DNA from: Aliivibrio fischeri ES114
GTDB lineage: Bacteria; Pseudomonadota; Gammaproteobacteria; Enterobacterales; Vibrionaceae
Assembly: GCF_000011805.1 (NCBI RefSeq)
Contig: NC_006840.2
Length of the DNA stretch: 32,000 nucleotides
Strand: one strand, 5' to 3'
The position numbers and the translations under genes were made by a program. Below, in pieces: positions 1 to 8,351 of the stretch (the first letter of the stretch is position 1; every line of letters begins with the position of its first letter). The notes under the pieces were generated by a model. It saw only the letters and a list, made by a program, of their open reading frames with translations. It searched no databases and was not told the DNA's origin.

Positions 1-266
1 TGCACCTGCAACAGGTCACTTCAAAGTAGAGTGGATTGTTCCAGAATAAAAAATAAGGGTTCAGGCCGGTCGCAAGCTCCCTCAAAGGATTCAGGAAAAG
101 CAGATAGCATTGCTCAGTTTTATCTCTTTCCTGAAACCTAGTAGACCTTGAAAAAGAAAAATTTGGTCGCATTTCATACATAGTAAATAAAAAGAATTAA
201 TACCAATGTTATAAATTAGATGAAGATAATTATTAGAATTGGTTAACACTTATTGGAGAGAAAGTA

Positions 267-1622
267 ATGACTACACATTTTGATTATATCTGTATTGGCG
301 GTGGTTCAGGCGGTATCGCATCAGCAAACCGTGCATCAATGTACGGTGCAAAAGTGGCACTGATCGAAGCTCAAGATCTTGGCGGTACGTGTGTAAACGT
401 AGGGTGTGTACCTAAAAAAGTAATGTGGCATGGCGCTCAAGTTGCTGAAGCCATTAATCTATACGCTGAAGATTACGGCTTTGATGTAGAGCTAAAAGAA
501 TTCAAATGGAACAAGATGATTGAAAGCCGCCAAGCTTACATTGGCCGCATTCATGAATCTTACGATCGCGTACTTGGTAATAACAAAGTAAACGTAATCA
601 AAGGCTTTGCTAAGTTTGTTGATGCAAAAACCGTTGAAGTAAACGGTGAGCACTACACAGCGGATCATATTCTTATTGCCGTTGGCGGTCGTCCAACAAT
701 TCCAAATATCCCTGGTGCAGAATACGGTATTGATTCAAACGGTTTCTTTGAACTGACTGAACAACCAAAACGCGTTGCGGTTATTGGTGCAGGTTACATT
801 GCAGTAGAAATCGCAGGCGTTCTTCATTCTCTAGGTACAGAAACTCACCTATTCTGCCGTAAAGAATCACCACTACGTAGCTTTGACCCAATGATCATCG
901 ATACGCTAGTTGAAGTAATGAATACCGAAGGCCCAACACTTCATACTCACTCGGTACCAAAAGAAGTAGTTAAAGAAGCAGACGGCAGCCTAACGCTTCA
1001 CCTAGAAAACGGTAATACACAAAACGTTGATACGCTAATTTGGGCTATCGGTCGTCACCCAGCAACGGATGCTATCAATCTTGATAAAACCGGTGTTGCA
1101 ACAAACGATCGCGGTTACATCAAAGTGGATGAATACCAAGAAACAAACGTGAAAGGCATCTACTGTGTTGGTGACATCATGGAAGGCGGTATTGAGCTGA
1201 CTCCTGTTGCGGTTAAAGCAGGTCGTCAACTTTCAGAGCGTCTATTTAATGGCAAAACCAATGCAAAAATGGACTACGATTTAGTTCCTACTGTTGTATT
1301 TAGCCACCCACCAATTGGTACGATTGGCTTAACAGAACAAGAAGCTGACGAACAATACGGCAAAGAGAACGTGAAAGTGTACACATCAGGCTTTACTGCA
1401 ATGTACACAGCAGTAACTAAGCACCGTCAACCTTGTAAGATGAAGCTAGTCTGTGCGGGCGAAGATGAAAAAGTTGTTGGCCTACACGGTATCGGTTTCA
1501 CGGTTGATGAAATGATCCAAGGTTTTGCAGTTGCAATGAAGATGGGCGCAACTAAGGCTGATTTCGATGCCGTTGTGGCTATTCACCCAACAGGTTCAGA
1601 AGAATTTGTAACGATGCGATAG
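267..1622 (+). CDS. gor: glutathione-disulfide reductase
   Basis: 451 aa. FAD fold ICIGGGSGG. Redox-active disulfide motif [13 protein letters not shown]. Second dinucleotide fold [11 protein letters not shown]-terminal HPTGSEE active-site His motif. GGAGA RBS upstream of the ATG. Confidence 0.95.
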   Translation: MTTHFDYICIGGGSGGIASANRASMYGAKVALIEAQDLGGTCVNVGCVPKKVMWHGAQVAEAINLYAEDYGFDVELKEFKWNKMIESRQAYIGRIHESYDRVLGNNKVNVIKGFAKFVDAKTVEVNGEHYTADHILIAVGGRPTIPNIPGAEYGIDSNGFFELTEQPKRVAVIGAGYIAVEIAGVLHSLGTETHLFCRKESPLRSFDPMIIDTLVEVMNTEGPTLHTHSVPKEVVKEADGSLTLHLENGNTQNVDTLIWAIGRHPATDAINLDKTGVATNDRGYIKVDEYQETNVKGIYCVGDIMEGGIELTPVAVKAGRQLSERLFNGKTNAKMDYDLVPTVVFSHPPIGTIGLTEQEADEQYGKENVKVYTSGFTAMYTAVTKHRQPCKMKLVCAGEDEKVVGLHGIGFTVDEMIQGFAVAMKMGATKADFDAVVAIHPTGSEEFVTMR

Positions 1623-1651
1623 TCTGATATTAGACTCTCTATTCTAACGAT

Positions 1652-1686
1652 AAAAAACGGGATAATAACTATCCCGTTTTTTATTT
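1652..1686 (+). terminator. rho-independent terminator after gor
   Basis: Stem CGGGATA (1658-1664) / TATCCCG (1670-1676), 5-nt loop, then a T-run. Preceded by an A-run. Confidence 0.8.
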
Positions 1687-1785
1687 TTACGAGATAGGTA
1701 ATAATTCTTATCACCCGATATATTCATAACATGTTAGTCTTCAGTTACTTTCATAAAAACATAAACTCAAGCAATAGGTATATAC

Positions 1786-2256
1786 ATGGCTCGCATTACT
1801 GCAGAAGAAAAAGAGCAGAAAAAGAATCAATACGATGCCCTCATATTTCAAATTTTTACAGAAGAAGGGTGGGATGCTGTTACTTATGATCGCCTAGCAA
1901 AAGAACTAGACATAGGTAAAAGCTCATTACAACGTTACTACCCTAGCAACCTATTTTTTGCCACAGCACTACAGGGAAAAGTTTTTCCTTTGGCTATACA
2001 GAAACTAGATCTAAGTTCTAAATCAGCATTTATTCAATCTTGGCTAACAGCCTACCATGATGAAAATGACCATATTTTTCATGAAGTCATTCGGATGTTA
2101 ATGGCCAATATCATGAATCACGGAGGCGCACCAGCCACTAAATCAGCGATTGGACGCTTAATTGCACTATTAGCGCAAACTCTCGGTGAAGATGACGCAA
2201 AAGATGCAGTAATTACAGCTCTCGGCTATACAATTTATTCATATATAGAACAATAA
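1786..2256 (+). CDS. short TetR-family-like transcriptional regulator
   Basis: 156 aa. The N-terminal segment VTYDRLAKELDIGKSSLQRYYPSN resembles the TetR HTH signature (T..IA...GvS.gtlY.YF..K). It is shorter than typical TetR proteins, so the ligand domain is atypical. Confidence 0.6.
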   Translation: MARITAEEKEQKKNQYDALIFQIFTEEGWDAVTYDRLAKELDIGKSSLQRYYPSNLFFATALQGKVFPLAIQKLDLSSKSAFIQSWLTAYHDENDHIFHEVIRMLMANIMNHGGAPATKSAIGRLIALLAQTLGEDDAKDAVITALGYTIYSYIEQ

Positions 2257-2303
2257 CTTATAAGTTTAATTAAAATTAGTTTAATTTTTATGCGTACTAG
2301 TAC

Positions 2304-2331
2304 TTTACAGTGGAACGCAATACCCTATAAT
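2304..2331 (+). promoter_or_regulatory. near-consensus sigma70 promoter
   Basis: TTTACA (2304-2309), 16-bp spacer, TATAAT (2326-2331). AT-rich direct repeat AGTTTAATT x2 immediately upstream (2263-2271, 2278-2286). Confidence 0.45.
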
Positions 2332-2342
2332 GAGCCGCATAC

Positions 2343-2380
2343 AAAGCAAGGACGGAACAACGCCGACTTTGCTTTTTATT
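2343..2380 (+). terminator. terminator-like hairpin just downstream of the predicted promoter (attenuator or tiny sRNA 3' end)
   Basis: AAAGCAA (2343-2349) pairs with TTGCTTT (2369-2375). Inner CGG/CCG pairs. Followed by TTATTT. Lies about 50 nt upstream of the adhesin ATG. Confidence 0.4.
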
Positions 2381-2426
2381 TAAAACCAATGTGTACTAAT
2401 ACACAAAGATTTATAGGTATATAAAA

Positions 2427-3734
2427 ATGAAAAAGTCTATTCTAGCGTTATCAGTTCTTAGTGTTTTTTCTTTTGGTGCGACTGCTTCACCTGAATTAGG
2501 AAACGGACAGTTAGGTTTTACTGCTGAAGATAAAGTTGAGTTTGTTAATGCCAATACAAATATGAACCTTATTGTTCAGCGTTCTGCTGATGGCTCAGTA
2601 AAACTAATTGATGGTGGAACTGGTCAAATTTATACATATGCTCAAATTTTAGACATGACGGAAGAGGCTAGAAAAACAGTTAAAAATGCAGCTCCATCTT
2701 ACGATTTCAAAAATGGTGAAATGTTTGATGACGCAATAAAATCCCGAATGAATAATGACGATAAATATGAGTTTACTATCGAACAAAAAGTTTCTGCTAT
2801 TAATAAACTATCTACATCTAGCAACGAATTTTTTATTCAAGATGGAAAACTTTTTGTAAAATCGGGAAAAAATGGAGAAAGCAGAGAAGTTTCTCAAGAC
2901 GAAGTAAAACTTGCTAAACAGTTAATAGTAAAAGAAGCTCAAGAACGCTCAGAACCTATTGATGGAATTAATCCTCCAGCAACAGATTTACCAAATATTC
3001 CGGTAACCCGTGAAGAAGCAATTCAATATATTGTTGATGGTAACGTTCAAGTTAAGAATGCTAAAAACCTAGATAAAGCAGTAAAGTTTCGTATGAACAA
3101 TGAAGATAAATATGAATTCACTGCTGAACAAAAAGTTGCCGCTGTAAATAAGCTTACAGGTAATGATCGTTATAGCGTTCAAACGTCAGCTGATGGCTCA
3201 AAACATCTAATCGATAATGAAACGGGCCATGCTTATACTCCAGAACAAGCTGAATCAATGGCGAAAGAAGCTCGCACAAAAATTATTGCTGAAGCGCAAA
3301 AACGTGCGGAGACTACTCCTCCAGAAGGAAGCCTTCCGCCAGTAGAAAATCCAGAACAACCACCAGTAATTGAACCTGATAATGAAGCAGTAAAAAAAGC
3401 GGTACAAAACTTAGCATCACATGGATACTCTTCTCAAGCTAACATCGACACTAACGCAGCAAACATAGACGAGCTATTTAACATTACCGCTGATTTACGT
3501 GAAGATTTAGAATTACAAGGTGCTCGTAACATGGCGGCAATATCTGCTCGTGCATTTACGACTGAAGAGGGTGAGTTTTCTGTAGGTGTTGGCCTTGGTG
3601 GTTCTGGTTCAGAGAACGCAATGGCAATTGGTGGTGCATACCAAATCAATGCTAACTGGTCAGTAAACACAACAATCGCATTCGATACAGGTTCAAATGC
3701 TGATTACGGTGTTGGTGCTCACTACTCTTGGTAA
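2427..3734 (+). CDS. short trimeric autotransporter adhesin (YadA-like C-terminal anchor) with atypical repeat passenger
   Basis: 435 aa. Signal peptide MKKSILALSVLSVFSFGATA|SP. The last ~95 aa (NMAAISARAF...GVGLGGSGSENAMAIGGAYQINANWSVNTTIAFD...YGVGAHYSW) fit the 4-strand YadA anchor pattern, ending in an aromatic-S-W. Internal duplicated modules are described in the findings. Confidence 0.75.
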   Translation: MKKSILALSVLSVFSFGATASPELGNGQLGFTAEDKVEFVNANTNMNLIVQRSADGSVKLIDGGTGQIYTYAQILDMTEEARKTVKNAAPSYDFKNGEMFDDAIKSRMNNDDKYEFTIEQKVSAINKLSTSSNEFFIQDGKLFVKSGKNGESREVSQDEVKLAKQLIVKEAQERSEPIDGINPPATDLPNIPVTREEAIQYIVDGNVQVKNAKNLDKAVKFRMNNEDKYEFTAEQKVAAVNKLTGNDRYSVQTSADGSKHLIDNETGHAYTPEQAESMAKEARTKIIAEAQKRAETTPPEGSLPPVENPEQPPVIEPDNEAVKKAVQNLASHGYSSQANIDTNAANIDELFNITADLREDLELQGARNMAAISARAFTTEEGEFSVGVGLGGSGSENAMAIGGAYQINANWSVNTTIAFDTGSNADYGVGAHYSW

Positions 3735-3763
3735 TCAAATACCTATAAAACTTTTTGTTTTAG

Positions 3764-3792
3764 CCCCAAACCGTAAGGTAAGGGGTTTTTTT
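3764..3792 (+). terminator. rho-independent terminator after the adhesin gene
   Basis: CCCCAAACC / GGTAAGGGG imperfect stem with GTAA loop, followed by TTTTTTT. Confidence 0.6.
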
Positions 3793-3800
3793 ATAGATAA

Positions 3801-3838
3801 AAAAACGCCGCCAATTAACCTTGGCGGCGTTTTTGTTT
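3801..3838. terminator. bidirectional terminator between convergent genes
   Basis: AAAAACGCCGCCAA (3801-3814) / TTGGCGGCGTTTTT (3821-3834). GC-rich stem flanked by an A-run and a T-run. Confidence 0.8.
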
Positions 3839-3877
3839 TATTGAATCATGTTTAACTCAATTAAGCAGTTAGTGACA

Positions 3878-4606
3878 TTACTTACCCGATTTTTCTGCGA
3901 TTTTAGCTTCAACCATAGGTGCTAACTTTTCATAAGGTAAATAGCCCGGAAGAAGTTGGCCATCAATCAACATAGCAGGGGTTCCTCGCACGCCTAAATC
4001 CGTAAATAATTGGTAGTTCTTCGCTACCATATCTTGAACTTCGTCATTCGTTGATACGTACTTTTCAGCATCATTCGCTTTTGCGACCTTCATAATAGAG
4101 CGCGTATTATGAATTCCCGGTTTACTTAATAAGGTTTCACTGATCTTATTAAATTTGTCTGGGCTTTCCTTCCACACTCTTAATGCAAAGGTTGCCGAGT
4201 TAGCCGGATTTGAACCCTCTTTAAGTGGTACATAAATGTTTATCACTTTAAGATCATCAGGGTGCTCTTCGACCAACTTCATTAATACTGGGTCTAATTT
4301 TTTACACCAAGGGCAACTTAAATCCGTTAATACAACAATAGTTAATTTAGGATCTTTCGCACCAAACCACGGTAGATTTGGGTTGTTGTACATATAATCA
4401 TGATAATCTGCCAACGTTTTTTCATACTTACCCTGTTGAGCAATATACATAGCCAAGCTCTCATGAAGGCTATCAATAATAGTAGGGTTGTCTTTAAGCA
4501 TTTTATTAATATCTTCCACTTTCTCCGATTGAGTCATTGCAGAAGCAAGAGGAGAAAATAAACATGCCATTACCAGTGTTGTGATTAATTTCGTTTTAAA
4601 TTTCAT
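3878..4606 (-). CDS. periplasmic DsbA-family thiol:disulfide oxidoreductase (ScsC/DsbG-like)
   Basis: 242 aa. Signal peptide ending PLASA. Thioredoxin-fold active site LSCPWCKKL. cis-Pro region GVRGTPAMLI. Last gene of the DsbD-like cluster. Confidence 0.8.
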   Translation of the reverse strand: MKFKTKLITTLVMACLFSPLASAMTQSEKVEDINKMLKDNPTIIDSLHESLAMYIAQQGKYEKTLADYHDYMYNNPNLPWFGAKDPKLTIVVLTDLSCPWCKKLDPVLMKLVEEHPDDLKVINIYVPLKEGSNPANSATFALRVWKESPDKFNKISETLLSKPGIHNTRSIMKVAKANDAEKYVSTNDEVQDMVAKNYQLFTDLGVRGTPAMLIDGQLLPGYLPYEKLAPMVEAKIAEKSGK

Positions 4607-4630
4607 TTTTTATTGTCCGTATATATTCGT

Positions 4631-5134
4631 TTAGATAAGCCATAAGCGAGCAAGTAATCCCATCGGAGTTGTTATCCCCGTGGTGATGTTTTTTATCTCA
4701 CCTTTATCAATAATGACGATGGTTGGGGTCACTTGAATGCCCCATTTTCTTGAAATATCGCCACGCGTATCATTCATATTTTTAAAAGTGTAATCGTGAG
4801 ATCTCATATAACCAGAGACTCTTCTGTCCTCTCCAGAACTCGTACTAACACCAACAACTTGATAAGTATCGCTGAACCAATTAATGGTTGGCGTCACGAA
4901 TCGACACGCTGCACACCACGTCGCCCAGAAATACACCACCACCGGCTTTTCTTGGCTCATAGCGATAACATCAATCGCTTCGCCTGTTGTACTTATTCCA
5001 ACAAGAGCAGGGGCAGTATTCGCTGGCATATCTTTAGTTCTCCACGCATCAACAGTAAAACTAAAAATAATGATCACCAGAAGGTAAATCAGTGTCTCTT
5101 TACCCCAGCGCTTCATTTTTTGTCTTTTCCCCAT
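4631..5134 (-). CDS. membrane-anchored TlpA/ScsD-like thioredoxin
   Basis: 167 aa. N-terminal TM anchor LIYLLVIIIFSFTV. Active site FWATWCAACRF. Its ATG shares one nucleotide with the TAA stop of the upstream DsbD-like gene (TAATG), which suggests translational coupling. Confidence 0.8.
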   Translation of the reverse strand: MGKRQKMKRWGKETLIYLLVIIIFSFTVDAWRTKDMPANTAPALVGISTTGEAIDVIAMSQEKPVVVYFWATWCAACRFVTPTINWFSDTYQVVGVSTSSGEDRRVSGYMRSHDYTFKNMNDTRGDISRKWGIQVTPTIVIIDKGEIKNITTGITTPMGLLARLWLI

Positions 5135-7230
5135 TACGGTTTATTTCCTGCTTTTTTAATCGCATCCATAACGACTTTTTCATTCAAAATAACCGGAAGT
5201 TCGATGCCGTTTGGCGCACTTGGGCCATAAACCACATTAAATGGCACTCCAAATCGTCCATGTTCTTGTAAGTAAGAGGTGATTTTTTCACTCGGAACCG
5301 TCCAGTCTCCCTGCATAGGTACAACATTGGCGCTGTTTAACTCGCTATAAACCGGCTCTTGAAGCAACACACCAATTTTGTTTGCCTTACAGGTCACACA
5401 CCAATCAGCGGTAACATCAACAAAGACCACTTTTCCTTCATCTACATATTGCTGAATAGATTCACTCGATAACGGAACCCATTTAGGCTCTTCAGGCAGT
5501 AGATCAGTTGACGTCATGCTGTCTATCACGGTGCCAAAGCCAAATGCGATAGCAAATAAGATACTTAACCAGCCTGCCGCTTTCTTACTATGAACTTGAA
5601 CGGTTCGCAGCAAGATTACGCCACCCGCAATTGCTGCAATGACATAAATCCAAAACTCTGATAGATGGTTAGAGAGTAAGTTCAGCAACCAAATGCTAGT
5701 AATAAGCATCATTGCACCAAAGAGATACTTAACCTTACTCATCCATGGGCCGGGTTTAGGTAATGAAAGAGCAATGGATGGGAAGAGGGCAACCAATATC
5801 CATGGCAGAGCCATACCAAGCGCTAACGCAGTAAAAATGCCGTACATGGTTGGGATGTTTGTAGCTAAAGCAAAAGCAACCGCAGTACCTAAGAAAGGGG
5901 CGGAGCAAGGGGTAGAAAGTAAGGTGGCAAACATACCTTGAATAAAATGACCAAAGTACGAATTGTTTCCTTTTGATGCGATCCAAGTGTTGGTATTTGA
6001 GGATAATCGAATTTCAAACAAGCTCAGCATATTGGCACCAAACAATGCCGTAATAAGCGTCATGACTCCAATAAACCACGCACTCTGAAATTGAATGCCC
6101 CATCCAATTGCATTGCCTGATAACTTAAGTACCACTAAGAACGAAGCCAGAAGCCAAAAAGAAAAAACAATCCCACTTGCAGAGGCTAAAAACTGCAATT
6201 TAATCTGTTTCTTCTCAAGACCTTGAGCTGAAATAACACTGCTTAACTTCATTCCCAATACAGGGAAAACACAAGGCATTACGTTTAGAATCAAGCCACC
6301 AAATAAAGCAAATAAGATCATTTTCAAAATAGACTGCAATCCATTGCTGCTTGTGATTACCCCATCACTAATGCTTGCTGGTTGCTCTGCTATAAACTCA
6401 CTGTCTTTTAAAGTAACACTGATATTTTCACCAGTTAAATCCGGCGTTCCCATCCAACTGCTTACATCAAATGTTGCGGTAATATTGTTACCATCTACAT
6501 CGATCTTTGGACGAGAAAAATTAGCGTCTTGCATTTCATCTGACGGACCATCTACTAAAACATCAGGCGTTATCCATCCCATTTTTTTGCTTGCTGTCAC
6601 CTGAAGCTGCATTTTTGTGGCATCCCACACTGCTTTTACATCACTGAGCAGTGCAGACTCTTTTGGAACCTGACTTAACCCTTGGGCGTAAACGTGCATC
6701 GCTTCTTTAGAAAGCGTTAAATCAGCAGGAGTGAATGTAAGTTCAAATGGGTAGTCAGTCAGAACACAAATAGTGGTGCAAGATGACAAAGTGAGATCAG
6801 CCTTAAAGGTAACCGGCTTATTGAGATCATCAATATGAAGTGTCATAGGGAAAATCACACTTCCCTTATACCCTAAGGTTTCAATACCAAGTAGATCGAA
6901 GCGTTTCGGATATGGCCAATACCAATCGATACTGCGAATATTTTGAGAATCCTCCCAAGTCATGCTCGGGGCAATACCACCTTCTCCTGGGCTTCTCCAA
7001 TACGTTTTCCAATCACCCGCTAAGCGAACCTCTAAGAATCCAGCAACGGTTTGATCGACTTTATTGATTTGCCCAGTAAGAACAAAACGAGTTTCAATCG
7101 GAGTGTGGTTTGAATTTTTAAGCCACCCAGTATGTGGGGTTTCGGCTTGAGCAACGGATATAAATACGCTGCACAACATCGCAAATAGCCCAAATAGGAC
7201 CATACGTGTTGTGATTACTGATTTTTGCAT
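5134..7230 (-). CDS. DsbD/ScsB-family transmembrane protein-disulfide reductase
   Basis: 698 aa. Signal peptide, then a large periplasmic N-domain (SSCTTICV). CcdA-like TM core with both conserved Cys segments (NVMPCVFPVLG and LSTPCSAPFLG). C-terminal thioredoxin domain VDVTADWCVTCK. Confidence 0.9.
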   Translation of the reverse strand: MQKSVITTRMVLFGLFAMLCSVFISVAQAETPHTGWLKNSNHTPIETRFVLTGQINKVDQTVAGFLEVRLAGDWKTYWRSPGEGGIAPSMTWEDSQNIRSIDWYWPYPKRFDLLGIETLGYKGSVIFPMTLHIDDLNKPVTFKADLTLSSCTTICVLTDYPFELTFTPADLTLSKEAMHVYAQGLSQVPKESALLSDVKAVWDATKMQLQVTASKKMGWITPDVLVDGPSDEMQDANFSRPKIDVDGNNITATFDVSSWMGTPDLTGENISVTLKDSEFIAEQPASISDGVITSSNGLQSILKMILFALFGGLILNVMPCVFPVLGMKLSSVISAQGLEKKQIKLQFLASASGIVFSFWLLASFLVVLKLSGNAIGWGIQFQSAWFIGVMTLITALFGANMLSLFEIRLSSNTNTWIASKGNNSYFGHFIQGMFATLLSTPCSAPFLGTAVAFALATNIPTMYGIFTALALGMALPWILVALFPSIALSLPKPGPWMSKVKYLFGAMMLITSIWLLNLLSNHLSEFWIYVIAAIAGGVILLRTVQVHSKKAAGWLSILFAIAFGFGTVIDSMTSTDLLPEEPKWVPLSSESIQQYVDEGKVVFVDVTADWCVTCKANKIGVLLQEPVYSELNSANVVPMQGDWTVPSEKITSYLQEHGRFGVPFNVVYGPSAPNGIELPVILNEKVVMDAIKKAGNKP

Positions 7231-7242
7231 CTGTGTTTCCTT

Positions 7243-7282
7243 TAAAAAATAAATATACGTCGAATGTTGTTAAAACATTCGA
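7243..7282 (-). terminator. hairpin (possible terminator/attenuator) between the small membrane-protein gene and the DsbD-like gene
   Basis: 9-bp perfect stem TCGAATGTT (7260-7268) / AACATTCGA (7274-7282). On the minus strand it is followed by CGTATATTTATTTTTT. Confidence 0.45.
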
Positions 7283-7286
7283 TTAC

Positions 7287-7673
7287 TTATTCTCTAAAAA
7301 CACACAACTTGAGGTGAACCCGCCTTCCTTTATGAAGAATAGGCTCGGTAAATGAAGAGGTATAGCTGAATGATAAACACAACCCAATAACGAGAAGAAC
7401 CGTGAATATCTGAACAATAAGCGCATGATCGCCAACTTGATGTTGTTCGAAATGGATTAAATGTTCCGATAACTCACACTTATCACCTAATCCATTTTTG
7501 TCTTGCTGTGTTTCCGATACTTGTTGCACAGTATCAGATACTGAACTATCCAACGGTAAAGAACACGAACTCAATAAACCAATATTATTTGCCGCACAGA
7601 CAAAGATAACCCAACACACAAGAATGAGGGGCCATCTAAAAAAATCATGTCTGTAAAATGCAGATTTCATCAA
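7287..7673 (-). CDS. small two-TM membrane protein with Cys/His-rich loop (ScsA-like position)
   Basis: 128 aa. Hydrophobic segments WPLILVCWVIFVCAA and ALIVQIFTVLLVIGLCLSF flank the loop DKCELSEHLIHFEQHQVGDH. Same strand as, and directly upstream of, the DsbD-like gene. I recognise no family signature. Confidence 0.5.
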   Translation of the reverse strand: MMKSAFYRHDFFRWPLILVCWVIFVCAANNIGLLSSCSLPLDSSVSDTVQQVSETQQDKNGLGDKCELSEHLIHFEQHQVGDHALIVQIFTVLLVIGLCLSFSYTSSFTEPILHKGRRVHLKLCVFRE

Positions 7674-7754
7674 CTGGTTAACTACAAGAATAAGGAACGA
7701 GTGCAGTTAGGACACACGCTCCTTTAAATAGTTTCCTAGTTTACATATTTAAAT

Positions 7755-8351
7755 TTAATGAGCGTGGTTATGATGATGGTGATGACCACAACCACATGTT
7801 GGTGCTGCAACCACGCTTTGTAATGGATGGAATTCCATTTTTTCTTGCAGTGCTTCAGGTGTTAATGAATTTAATAGGTGCATATTCTCGACATTTACCA
7901 CATTAACATCACCTAATTCACGTTGTGTTTTTGCTACTTCAATAAACTGACAACTTAACGCTTCAGGTAACGTAAATTCACGAATTGCACACAATAAATT
8001 GGTTGCTGTATCTACCGCAATCATAGAAACAGATAAGGTGTTATCTTCAGAAAGTGAGAAATATTCATCTGGAATTGCTGATGAATTAAATTGCATTTCA
8101 AAAGCTAAATCACCAAAAATAACAACAAGTAGGCAACCACCTTTTTCTGATGATACTAAACCTAATTGAGCACCGCTTTGACCTAATAGTGTTTGTTCAT
8201 CAGCGGTAATATTGCTAAGTCCAACATACAGTAAATTAGGTAAATCATTACGAAATAGTTCAAGCATCGCACCGTCACCCTCTTGAAACGGGTGGTTTTC
8301 AAACGTTTGTCCAACTTGAAATTGTGGAGTGTTGTGTTCAGCCATAATCAT
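7755..8351 (-). CDS. cytoplasmic protein of unknown function with C-terminal Cys/His-rich metal-binding tail
   Basis: 198 aa, no signal peptide. C-terminus APTCGCGHHHHHNHAH. AAGG RBS; the second ATG (8345) has better spacing than the first (8351). Confidence 0.7.
   Translation of the reverse strand: MIMAEHNTPQFQVGQTFENHPFQEGDGAMLELFRNDLPNLLYVGLSNITADEQTLLGQSGAQLGLVSSEKGGCLLVVIFGDLAFEMQFNSSAIPDEYFSLSEDNTLSVSMIAVDTATNLLCAIREFTLPEALSCQFIEVAKTQRELGDVNVVNVENMHLLNSLTPEALQEKMEFHPLQSVVAAPTCGCGHHHHHNHAH

Noticed and set aside
1-138. Possible 3' end of an upstream plus-strand gene. Frame 2 reads APATGHFKVEWIVPE* and ends at 49. Frame 1 stays open to about 138. A long imperfect hairpin lies at 90-135 (TTCAGGAAAAGCAGATA / TATCTCTTTCCTGAA).
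   Set aside because: Too little sequence to choose a frame or assign a product. The hairpin lacks a T-run, so I cannot call it a terminator. It may be a REP-like or regulatory structure, but the evidence is thin.
1035-1229. 64-aa antisense ORF inside gor.
   Set aside because: It lies entirely within and opposite a confidently identified gene, with no RBS and no recognisable motif. The same reasoning applies to other antisense or shadow ORFs in the track: 3434-3670, 4796-5230, 4884-5087, 5693-5941, 5756-5986, 6344-6604, 12204-12437, 12585-12779, 14836-15066, 15529-15753, 15769-15996, 18133-18342, 18914-19147, 19110-19328, 19413-19595, 20673-20882, 21566-21757, 22831-23067, 23592-23801, 26903-27094, 27027-27296, 28506-28745, 28972-29166, 29607-29834, 30164-30361, 30809-31057 and 31650-31880.
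7692-7723. Weak hairpin (AAGGAACG / CGCTCCTT) downstream of the His-tail gene on the minus strand.
   Set aside because: The stem needs a mismatch or G-U pair, and the T-tract is poor. That is not enough to call a terminator.
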